DNA of 62,974 nucleotides, counting the filler, from Deltaproteobacteria bacterium (GTDB lineage: Bacteria > JAGRBM01 > JAHCIT01), in NCBI GenBank assembly GCA_026129095.1. It is 5 parts of 5 records of this genome, joined end to end, with 100 filler letters (N's around TTAATTAATTAA, not from the genome) between each part and the next. Parts side by side here need not be neighbours in the genome. Positions count along the whole stretch, not along the records: positions 49,479 to 55,854 come from JAHCIT010000022.1; positions 55,955 to 62,974 come from JAHCIT010000008.1; 3 more parts are not named here. The stretch is one strand, 5' to 3'. Position numbers and translations under genes: made by a program. Below, piece by piece: positions 51,601 to 59,183 of this stretch (its first letter is position 1; every line of letters starts with the position of its first letter). The notes below the pieces were generated by a model. That model did no database searches, was not told the DNA's origin, and saw only the letters and a program-made list of their open reading frames with translations.

Positions 51601-52434
51601 ATGCAGACGACAAACGACAACCAGCAGATTTACGGCGCCCTCTCCGGCCTCTACGGCGAGGAGGGAATGCGCGAGATCGAGACCGAACTGGGCCAGCTCT
51701 CGGCCCCGGACCAGCACAAGGCGGCCCGCCAGCTCGTCCGCCAGGGGCGGCTGATGCGCCACGCGGCCCGGCAGGCGGTGAAAACGCCGCCCGCCGTGAA
51801 GGCGGCCTTCGACGAGGACGCCGTGATCCGGCAGTGGGCGCAGCGGAAGAACATCCCCTACGAGCGGCTGAAGATCGAGCACGTGCGGTGGTTCCATCGC
51901 CGGTACATCGATATCGGCACGGTGGCGGCGCTGGCAAGCGGACGCCATGCGTTCTTCAGCGAGGTGCCCAAACCCGGTGCCCATGACACGAATTTCGACA
52001 TGTGGGGCGAGTGGCCGCAGACGACGCTTGTCCTGCTCCGGGGGATCATGGCCCAGGTGCTCGTGCACAGCCTCGGCGCCACGGTGGACCGCTCGGCCAA
52101 CACCTACCTGCCGATGGTCCAGCGGTTCCTGCACCACGCGACCATCTCGTACAAGGTGGACCAGACGACGACGGTTACGCAGCTCGTCAAGAACCTGCCC
52201 CCGGCGGGCGGCGCCAACATCGTCGGCATCCGGGACGAGTCGAACGGCTATCCGGAGGCCTCGAACCTGCGGACCTTCCGGCGCCCGATCATCATCGAGG
52301 GCGGCATCCAGTACCTGATCGAGATGAACGTCGACACGGCGGCGTTCCTCGCGTCGGGGAACCCGGTTTATCCCGACTGCACGCTCGACACGATCCTGGA
52401 GCTCGATGCCACCTGGATCCGGCAGGCGGGCTAG
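51601..52434 (+). CDS. Putative major capsid protein (single jelly-roll-like)
   Basis: Strong codon bias, AAGGA RBS, helical N-arm, then FF...TN...G.WP...LRGI...LP.AGG...NG.P...PIII...LELDA strand pattern; followed by a structured intergenic region. Fold inferred by eye. Confidence 0.6.
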   Translation: MQTTNDNQQIYGALSGLYGEEGMREIETELGQLSAPDQHKAARQLVRQGRLMRHAARQAVKTPPAVKAAFDEDAVIRQWAQRKNIPYERLKIEHVRWFHRRYIDIGTVAALASGRHAFFSEVPKPGAHDTNFDMWGEWPQTTLVLLRGIMAQVLVHSLGATVDRSANTYLPMVQRFLHHATISYKVDQTTTVTQLVKNLPPAGGANIVGIRDESNGYPEASNLRTFRRPIIIEGGIQYLIEMNVDTAAFLASGNPVYPDCTLDTILELDATWIRQAG

Positions 52435-52571
52435 GGAAAAGGCCTTCACAAACGGGGCGATCGTTCCAGTTTGCCGGGCCGGACGGCGGGCCAGTGATAA
52501 GAGCCGGCCGCTTATGGATAAGCAGCGGCCTGCCGTCCGGTCCCGGCCCTTCCTTGAAGCAGGGAGCACAG

Positions 52572-53048
52572 ATGGAAACCGTGCGTGAATACCCCAGATG
52601 GTTCATGGCCGAATACGAGCGGATCGTCGCCCGCTATCCGGCCCGACGGATCATCGAGCCCGCTTTTCATCCGGCGGTTTTCACAGGCTCCCCGGCCGCA
52701 TTTGCCGCCGGTTCGGACCACTCGGTAACGGTGGCGATCCCGCAGAAGGAAATATTCGTCTTCTTCGGCTTCCGCTACGCGGCCGTCAACATGGAAAAGC
52801 TTCTCCAGTATCCGTTCCGGATGCGGGTGAGCGATCCGAGCCGCCAGGAGGCGCTCATTCCGTCGTTCGTCTTCGCGCCGAGCGTCTGCTCGACGGCGGC
52901 CCACTGGACGCCGATGTTCGTGCCGGTGGAGTTTCCGGGCGGCAGCGTCGTCCGGATCGACATCAGAATGTCCGAGGCGCTGCCGGGCGGGCAGGAGTAC
53001 GTGCCCGAGATCGTGCTGTGCGGCCTGTCGCTCAAGGAACCGGCATGA
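52572..53048 (+). CDS. Putative minor capsid protein (single beta-sandwich, 158 aa)
   Basis: GGGAG RBS; strands VTVAIP, FVFFGF, FRMRVSD, PVEFPGGSVVRIDI and EIVLCG. Confidence 0.55.
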   Translation: METVREYPRWFMAEYERIVARYPARRIIEPAFHPAVFTGSPAAFAAGSDHSVTVAIPQKEIFVFFGFRYAAVNMEKLLQYPFRMRVSDPSRQEALIPSFVFAPSVCSTAAHWTPMFVPVEFPGGSVVRIDIRMSEALPGGQEYVPEIVLCGLSLKEPA

Positions 53049-53833
53049 ACATCGCCGTCCTGGACTTCTCGAACCCCACCGGGTCTTCACGAAAGATCAC
53101 CAGATCGGTCTATTTCATCCGGGACACGGTGGTCGTCCGGGTCTGCCCGGAGCCCATCCAGCCCCTGAACGCGCTGGACGATTTCCGCCTCGACGACGTG
53201 ACGGCGGGCGGACGGCAGGTGCTGACGCAGCGGGTGTCGGGCTTGAGGTGCCTCGGTCCGGGGCCCCATGCCCTTTCGGTACATATTCCGGTCCGGGGCG
53301 GCCGGTCGCTGGAGATCGTATCGACGGTGATGCCGGGACGGTTTGTGCAAATCATGGTCGCCTGGCGGGGCGCCACTCTCAAGGACGACTTCAGCCGCGA
53401 GACGTTCTTTTACACCGACTCCTTCGAGGACATCCATGCCGCCGACGGGCGCGCCCGGTTCGTTTTCCAGAACCGCTACCGGTGGGAGGGGCTCGCCCTT
53501 GCTGGTTACGCCGGGGACTCCCGCCGGACCTGGCAGTCGGCACTTTATCCTTACGCCCAGGAACCGGCCGTCCGGCTTGGGGGGAACTTCGCCTCCGCCT
53601 CGCACTTCCAGACGTCCGACCTCCCCTTGAGGCTCAATTGCCATCCCGAGGAGTGGGCGACGCCCTACCTTCTCCAGACCAGCGTTGCCTGGCAGTTTCC
53701 ATTCGGCCGGTTCCCCGTACCGGTCGTCTGCGAGGCGGGTACGGCCGTCGACGCCCGTTTTTCGCTCTTCGATTACGGCATTCTCAGCGATCCGCACTCG
53801 CTCGTGACGGTCGGGGAGCACCTCCTGTCATGA
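53045..53833 (+). CDS. Putative minor capsid protein with two tandem beta-sandwich repeats (262 aa)
   Basis: ATGA overlap; IPVRGGRSLEI..IMVAWRG and PVVCEAGTAVDA..LVTVG mirror the previous ORF. Confidence 0.5.
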   Translation: MNIAVLDFSNPTGSSRKITRSVYFIRDTVVVRVCPEPIQPLNALDDFRLDDVTAGGRQVLTQRVSGLRCLGPGPHALSVHIPVRGGRSLEIVSTVMPGRFVQIMVAWRGATLKDDFSRETFFYTDSFEDIHAADGRARFVFQNRYRWEGLALAGYAGDSRRTWQSALYPYAQEPAVRLGGNFASASHFQTSDLPLRLNCHPEEWATPYLLQTSVAWQFPFGRFPVPVVCEAGTAVDARFSLFDYGILSDPHSLVTVGEHLLS

Positions 53834-54792
53834 GCATACTGGCCGAATTCGGCGACCGGCTGGCGAGCCGCTTCAGCGCCCTTGTGCCTGCCTGGCGCCT
53901 GCTGCGGAACCTGGACAGCGAATTCATGTCCGGGCTCGCAAGCCTCGATCTCCTGGACGGTGAGCGGGAGCAATTCCTGGAGTTCACGGTCCCGCGCGAC
54001 TGCTACCTCCTCCTGCACGGCATCGACATCGACGCCGCGTTCAGCCCGAAGAAGGCCCTCAGGCTCGACATCTACGCCGGGAAGGACGCGCTGCTTCCGT
54101 CCAGGCAGGGCTTCGCCGGTCCGTCCGGGTTCCTCGGATATCACCTCTATCCCGGCGGCACGCGAAAACAGACGATTCCGTTCCATCGCGTGCTGGCGCC
54201 GGAAACCCGGATCAGGATTTTCGCAACCCGCGGCGACCCCTGGCAGATGGCCGGAACCCCCGGCCATCCCGAAGAACCGCAAGCCCTCCATGACGATCGC
54301 GGCCACGACAGCGACGTCTTCGGGGCGTTCCAGAACCCCTTGCTGCTGATCGACTGGTCACCGGACATCCCGGTGTCAACGCTGTGGTCCGGGCCGACGG
54401 AAATATCGGCCGTGGCGAAGGCCACGGGCCGGATCACCGTCTGGTGCGATCTCACCCTGTCGGCGCCGAATGCGGATGTGAACACGTGGGTGGAGATCCG
54501 GGACGCGGCCAGCCCCTCGCGCCTTGTCATGCCGGAGCGGCCGGTCGCCACGAACGTGTCGAACGCTCACTCGCGGGAGCGGACGCTCGCCGTAACGCCG
54601 GGGGTCGAGTTCGGCCGGTATACCGTCCGGCTGCTCCGGACGGGCGGCCCGGCGGTGAACCTCGAAAAACTGCGGTTTTTCATCCTAAACGAGGAGGCCG
54701 TGAGGGACTGGGAGAACAAGGTCGTCATCAACGCCTCGGTGCGCGGCACCCGGATCCCGCGCGACATCTACAGGACGTTCGGCGAGCTATGA
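53830..54792 (+). CDS. Putative vertex/spike protein: beta-sandwich with an inserted domain (320 aa)
   Basis: ATGA overlap; FTVP..YLLLHGI..RVLAPETRIRI, then about 150 aa, then VINASVRGTRI. Confidence 0.5.
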   Translation: MSILAEFGDRLASRFSALVPAWRLLRNLDSEFMSGLASLDLLDGEREQFLEFTVPRDCYLLLHGIDIDAAFSPKKALRLDIYAGKDALLPSRQGFAGPSGFLGYHLYPGGTRKQTIPFHRVLAPETRIRIFATRGDPWQMAGTPGHPEEPQALHDDRGHDSDVFGAFQNPLLLIDWSPDIPVSTLWSGPTEISAVAKATGRITVWCDLTLSAPNADVNTWVEIRDAASPSRLVMPERPVATNVSNAHSRERTLAVTPGVEFGRYTVRLLRTGGPAVNLEKLRFFILNEEAVRDWENKVVINASVRGTRIPRDIYRTFGEL

Positions 54793-55460
54793 ACAACCAG
54801 TTCGACCACCTGATACGAAAATACTCCACGGACATCCCGCCGCGGTTCGTGAAGGGGATGATCCACGTGGAAAGCGCCTTCAGGCCGGACGCCAAAGGCC
54901 CCGGCGGCGAACTGGGTTTGATGCAGTTCCTGCCGTCGACGGCGAAAACGCTCGGCGTCCAGCACGACACGCTAAAGAATCCCGAAACGGCCATCCGGTA
55001 CGGCACACGGTATCTCTCGGAGATAGTTGGTAAATACATCAATCCACACCTCAAAGCTCCCATCGACCCCCTGCTCAAGGTGAAGCTGGCGCAGTTTGCC
55101 TATAACGCCGGCCCCCTGTTCACGGTCAGGCTGCTGAAGCGTTTCGGCAGCGACGTGCTCTCAAACCCCTCGAACTTCGACCGGATGGTGGAGACGCTTC
55201 GCGGCGATCCGGATATCGCACGGCTCGCCCGGCTGACGAAGGAGGCCGATTTTCTCTCGGCCCGCAAGAAGGTGGTCGAGAAGTACCAGTACTGGGCGGA
55301 TCGTTATGCGGGGGATTTCCCGCCGTCTCCGGGAGAGCCGCCGAAACCGCCCGTGGCGGCTGCGGCGGCGCTCACGCCGCCGTTTCCGGGCGGACTTGCG
55401 CTTGCGGCGCTCGCGGCGTCCGCGCTCTTGTGGGTTTACCTGAGGAGAAACGGGCCATGA
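54789..55460 (+). CDS. Lytic transglycosylase (SLT) with C-terminal TM anchor
   Basis: VES, GLMQ and AYNAG motifs; Pro-rich linker then LALAALAASALLWVYLRR. Confidence 0.9.
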   Translation: MNNQFDHLIRKYSTDIPPRFVKGMIHVESAFRPDAKGPGGELGLMQFLPSTAKTLGVQHDTLKNPETAIRYGTRYLSEIVGKYINPHLKAPIDPLLKVKLAQFAYNAGPLFTVRLLKRFGSDVLSNPSNFDRMVETLRGDPDIARLARLTKEADFLSARKKVVEKYQYWADRYAGDFPPSPGEPPKPPVAAAAALTPPFPGGLALAALAASALLWVYLRRNGP

Positions 55461-55738
55461 CAGGGATCGCCAGTGTTCTCACTGTCCCGGGACTGCTCCC
55501 GGCGATTTTTTCGATCCTCGGTGTCCTCGTCGGCACCTTCATCCGCTCCTACACCGACGGCCGCATCGACCAGAAGCTGGGGCCGGTCGTGGACCGCCTG
55601 GAGAACATCGAAATCCACATTGGCGAGATCCAGCACGGACTCATCGCCATCCGCAAGGGCCAGGAGACGATGGACGACCACCGCCGCCGGATCGAGCGGC
55701 TCGAAAACCGGTCCATGACCGCCGGAGGAAGCGCATGA
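55457..55738 (+). CDS. Small TM + coiled-coil protein (holin/XhlA-like)
   Basis: One N-terminal TM helix, heptad region and HRRRIERLE; ATGA overlap. Confidence 0.55.
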   Translation: MTGIASVLTVPGLLPAIFSILGVLVGTFIRSYTDGRIDQKLGPVVDRLENIEIHIGEIQHGLIAIRKGQETMDDHRRRIERLENRSMTAGGSA

Positions 55739-55854
55739 ACATCCGCTTCAAATACCCGCATCTTGCTGAGGAGCTTCAAAGGACCGACTTCCGCCTCAAG
55801 GCGGTCGTGCTGGAGACGGCGCTCTTTCTCGGCGCGAGGGGGTTCGATCTCACC
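55735..55854 (+). CDS. 3'-truncated ORF, possibly an M15-type peptidase/endolysin N-terminus
   Basis: GGAGG RBS and ATGA overlap; MNIRFKYPHLAEELQRTDFRLKAVVLETALFLGARGFDLT is cut by the gap. Confidence 0.35.
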
Positions 55855-55954
55855 NNNNNNNNNNNNNNNNNNNNNNNNNNNNNNNNNNNNNNNNNNNNTT
55901 AATTAATTAANNNNNNNNNNNNNNNNNNNNNNNNNNNNNNNNNNNNNNNNNNNN
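55855..55954. other. Artificial contig linker
   Basis: N44-TTAATTAATTAA-N44. Confidence 0.99.
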
Positions 55955-56053
55955 GAGCCGTGGTGAGCCGTGGTGAGCCGTGGTGGCCTCACCCCCTGCC
56001 CCCTCTCCAGGAACTGGAGAGGGGATGCCCTCTCCGGTGTGCCGGAGCGGGCC
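55955..56053. repeat. (GAGCCGTGGT)x3 followed by a REP-like unit
   Basis: The 10-mer is the reverse complement of the 49141-49282 repeats; then GCCTCACCCC and CCCCTCTCCAG-GAA-CTGGAGAGGGG. Confidence 0.88.
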
Positions 56054-56095
56054 GCGCCGCCCCTGGCGGCACCGGGTGAGGCCAGCCCGGACGGA

Positions 56096-56527
56096 TCAGG
56101 CCGCCCGGCCCTTCTTCCGGCCGGACTTCGCCGGTTTCCCCTTCGACGCCCCGGCCGGTTTCGCGCCCGGGACGGAGATGGATGACCGGGAAGGCGTTGC
56201 CTCCGTCTTTCCGGTCTTCGATTCGGCCTTCGTGTCTGCCTTGGTATCGGCCTTGCCGTCCGCCTTCGATTCGGCCTTTGTGTCTGTTTTTGACCCGGAC
56301 TCGTCCTTGCTGCCGTCGGAACCTTCGGCCTTGGCCTCGCCGCCGGACTTCTTGTAGTCGGTCACGTACCAGCCGGACCCCTTCAGGTGAAAGGCCGCAG
56401 CCGATACCTTGCGGCTGGCCGACCGCTTGCCGCACTCGGGGCACGTGGTCTGGGGCCTTGCCGACACTTTTTCGATCGCGTCCCACTCATGGCCGCACTT
56501 GGCGCAAACATATTCATAGATCGGCAT
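56096..56527 (-). CDS. FmdB family zinc-ribbon protein
   Basis: MPIYEYVCAKCG...CPECG...FHLKGSGWYVTDY with a low-complexity tail. Confidence 0.93.
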   Translation of the reverse strand: MPIYEYVCAKCGHEWDAIEKVSARPQTTCPECGKRSASRKVSAAAFHLKGSGWYVTDYKKSGGEAKAEGSDGSKDESGSKTDTKAESKADGKADTKADTKAESKTGKTEATPSRSSISVPGAKPAGASKGKPAKSGRKKGRAA

Positions 56528-56711
56528 GGGAAACGGGCTCCTGCCCGGCTCCTTGAAGGAAACCGCCGGGCGGCGTTCATGTAATGACGGGTGCCCGACC
56601 GGTCAAGACGGAACCTGGGGGACTCCCGCCGCTCCGGGGAATCGGCTACAACCGCGCTTCCGGCGGACTGAACGGGACGCCGTTTCCACTGCTTAAGGAG
56701 CGATTCCGCAT

Positions 56712-57902
56712 ATGCCATCCACGGTCAAGGGTTTCCGGTTCGCGCAGGTCGAGGCCAGCCTCCGGTACAAGGGGAGGCCCGACCTCGCCCTCATCGTGGC
56801 CGATCGTCCGGCGGCGACGGCGGCCGTGTTCACGCAGAACGCGGTCACGGCGGCGCCGGTCCTCCTCTGCCGGGAGCATCTGAAAAAAGCCCCGAAAAGC
56901 CGGGCCGTCATCATCAACGCCGGACGGGCGAACGCCTGCACGGGAAAACCGGGCCTCGCCGACGCCCGGCAGACGGCCCGCGCCCTCGCCCGGACGATCG
57001 CCTGCCGCCCCGAGGAGGTGCTCACCGCCTCCACCGGGATCATCGGCCAGCGGATCGGCGTGGAAAAGCTCGTCGAGAATGTACCGCCCCTCGTCCATGC
57101 ACTCCAGCCTGGTTCCATCGAGCCGCTGGCGAAGGCGATCATGACCACCGACACGCGGCCCAAGTTCGCCGAAGCGGGGTTCCAGTCCGGCAGGACGGCC
57201 GTCACCGTGCAGGGAATCGCCAAGGGAGCGGGAATGATCGCGCCAAACATGGCGACCCTACTTGCCTTCGCCGTGACCGATGCGGTCGTGCCCCAGACCG
57301 CGCTCAGGCAGGCATTCGGCATCGCCACGCGGGATTCGTTCAACGCCATCACCATTGACGGCGACACCTCGACCAACGACACGGCGATACTCATGGCCTC
57401 CGGCGCGGCCGGGGCGGAAAACCTCGCGCCCGGCTCGGCGGGTTTCAGGAAGTTTGCCGGTGCGCTGGCCGAGGTGATGACGGCACTCGCCCGGATGGTC
57501 GTCTCCGACGGCGAGGGGGCGACCCGGCTGATCCGCGTCGCCGTGACCGGGGCGAGAAGCGAGCCCGAAGCCCGGCGGGCGGCCTTCACCATCGCCAACT
57601 CGCCACTGTGCAAGACGGCCTTCGCCGGGGGCGACCCCAATTGGGGGCGGCTCATCGCCGCGGCGGGCCGCGCCGGGGTGAAGCTGAACGGCGAGAAGTT
57701 CAGCGTCACCATCGGCGGCGTGCCGGTGGTGAAGCGGGGCGTGCTGCCCAGCATCGAGACCGACAGGGCGGCGGCCGCCGTCATGAAGGGGAGCGAGTTC
57801 GACGTGGTGGTGGATCTGGCCAGCGGCAGGGCGAAGGCTTCGGTCTACACCTGCGATTTCACCGAGGGTTATATCCGCATTAATGCGGATTACCGGTCGT
57901 GA
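56712..57902 (+). CDS. argJ: Bifunctional ornithine acetyltransferase/N-acetylglutamate synthase
   Basis: ANACTG, STGIIG, KGAGMIAPNMAT, DGDTSTND, DGEGAT and DPNWGR. Confidence 0.98.
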   Translation: MPSTVKGFRFAQVEASLRYKGRPDLALIVADRPAATAAVFTQNAVTAAPVLLCREHLKKAPKSRAVIINAGRANACTGKPGLADARQTARALARTIACRPEEVLTASTGIIGQRIGVEKLVENVPPLVHALQPGSIEPLAKAIMTTDTRPKFAEAGFQSGRTAVTVQGIAKGAGMIAPNMATLLAFAVTDAVVPQTALRQAFGIATRDSFNAITIDGDTSTNDTAILMASGAAGAENLAPGSAGFRKFAGALAEVMTALARMVVSDGEGATRLIRVAVTGARSEPEARRAAFTIANSPLCKTAFAGGDPNWGRLIAAAGRAGVKLNGEKFSVTIGGVPVVKRGVLPSIETDRAAAAVMKGSEFDVVVDLASGRAKASVYTCDFTEGYIRINADYRS

Positions 57903-57975
57903 CTTCCCGCTGGCCATCCGGCCCGGCCCGTGCAACCCTCAGCCGGATAGTTTTTTCCCGAAAGGAACTGCGATC

Positions 57976-58284
57976 ATGGACAGGAAAAAAATGATACTGG
58001 GCGCGGCGCTGGCCGGCATGATGACCGGGGCGATGGGCTCCGCCGCGAAGGCGATGGGCGGCGCCGACCGCTGCTACGGGGTCAACAAGTGCAAGGGCGT
58101 GGGCGCTTGCGGCGGCAAGGACCACACCTGCCACGGCAAGAACGCCTGCAAGGGCCAGGGCTGGCTCATCATTGACAAGGAGACGTGCCTCAAGATCGAG
58201 GGCGGATCGCTCACCCCGCCGTGGGAAAAGGACGGCGGCAAGGACGACAAGAAAGAATCCAAGAAGGATTCCAAGAAGAAGTAG
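57976..58284 (+). CDS. Bufferin-type (BufA2-like) Cys-rich RiPP precursor
   Basis: Signal peptide; CYGVNKCKGVGAC...CHGKNACKGQGW...C; directly upstream of DUF692. Confidence 0.85.
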   Translation: MDRKKMILGAALAGMMTGAMGSAAKAMGGADRCYGVNKCKGVGACGGKDHTCHGKNACKGQGWLIIDKETCLKIEGGSLTPPWEKDGGKDDKKESKKDSKKK

Positions 58285-58319
58285 CTGGCGGCGTGCATCC
58301 AGCCGGGGCCACGCCACCC

Positions 58320-59183
58320 ATGAACAACGCCTTCGGCATCGGCCTCCGGTCCGAGCACTACCAGGACGTGCTGGACGGCCGCGCTGACGGCCTCGGCCGT
58401 ATCGGCTGGTTCGAGGTCATCAGCGAGAACTACATGGACACGCAGGGGCGGCCGCTCGCGGTCCTGGAACAGGTCCGCCGGGACCGGCCGGTGGCACTGC
58501 ACGGCGTGGGGCTCTCCATCGGCAGCACCGATCCGCTTTCTCCAGCCTACCTCGGCCGGCTCTCCGCCCTCATCGGGCGGATCGGCCCGGTGATCGTGAG
58601 TGACCACCTCTGCTGGACCGGCGTGGGCGGCAGGATCACCCACGACCTCCTGCCGCTCCCGCACACGGAAGAAGCCATCACCCATGTCGCCCGGCGGCTC
58701 ATCGAGGTCCAGGAACGGCTGGGACGCCAGATCCTGATGGAAAACATCTCGTCCTATATCTGGTACGAACAGTCGGAGATGCCGGAGTGGGAGTTCCTCG
58801 GCGAGATCGTCCGGCGGTCGGGCTGCGGCATCCTGCTCGACGTGAACAACATCCACGTCAACTCGGTCAACCACGGGTTCGATCCGCTGGAGTTCGTGAG
58901 GAACATCCCCGGCGAAGCCGTCGGGCAGATTCACCTCGCCGGCCACACGGACATGGGCACCTACCTGTTCGACACGCACAGCGCCCCGGTCTGCGATGCG
59001 GTCTGGGAACTGTACGGCCAGACGGTCGCTCACCTGGGGCGCGAGATCCCCACGCTGATCGAACGGGACGCGGAGATCCCGCCGCTGGCGGTACTCATCG
59101 CCGAAAGCGAGCGGGCCCGGACGGTTTCGGACCGGGCGCTGGCATCCCTGAATCCGGCGGCTGGCGAGGCAACACGGCGATGA
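58320..59183 (+). CDS. DUF692/MNIO RiPP maturase (BufB-like)
   Basis: GIGLRSEH, ISENY, HGVGLSIG, SDHLCW, LLDVNN, IHLAGH and DTH. Confidence 0.95.
   Translation: MNNAFGIGLRSEHYQDVLDGRADGLGRIGWFEVISENYMDTQGRPLAVLEQVRRDRPVALHGVGLSIGSTDPLSPAYLGRLSALIGRIGPVIVSDHLCWTGVGGRITHDLLPLPHTEEAITHVARRLIEVQERLGRQILMENISSYIWYEQSEMPEWEFLGEIVRRSGCGILLDVNNIHVNSVNHGFDPLEFVRNIPGEAVGQIHLAGHTDMGTYLFDTHSAPVCDAVWELYGQTVAHLGREIPTLIERDAEIPPLAVLIAESERARTVSDRALASLNPAAGEATRR

Larger units (their letters stand above)
49479..55854 (+). mobile_element. Fragment of a putative tailless jelly-roll-capsid (pro)virus structural/lysis module
   Basis: Ten co-oriented ORFs with no housekeeping gene, ATGA coupling, an SLT, TM-tailed proteins and beta-sandwich patterns. 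Confidence 0.72.

Noticed and set aside
52002-54788. Long N-terminal extensions of ORFs 52002, 52598, 53248 and 54384
   Set aside because: They overlap the preceding genes; RBS and ATGA coupling point to starts at 52572, 53045, 53830 and 54789.
49479-55854. Module as tailed prophage, tailocin, GTA, inovirus or secretion system
   Set aside because: No terminase, portal, tail, sheath, Zot-like ATPase or T4SS/T6SS motifs are visible. This is not fully excluded because the contig is truncated at both ends.
56200-56340. Tandem KADT/KAES repeats in the FmdB tail
   Set aside because: Low-complexity tails are common in this family.
57930-57963. ECF sigma promoter (GCAACC...CGAA) before the bufferin precursor
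   Set aside because: The spacing of about 21 nt is longer than the roughly 16 nt expected.
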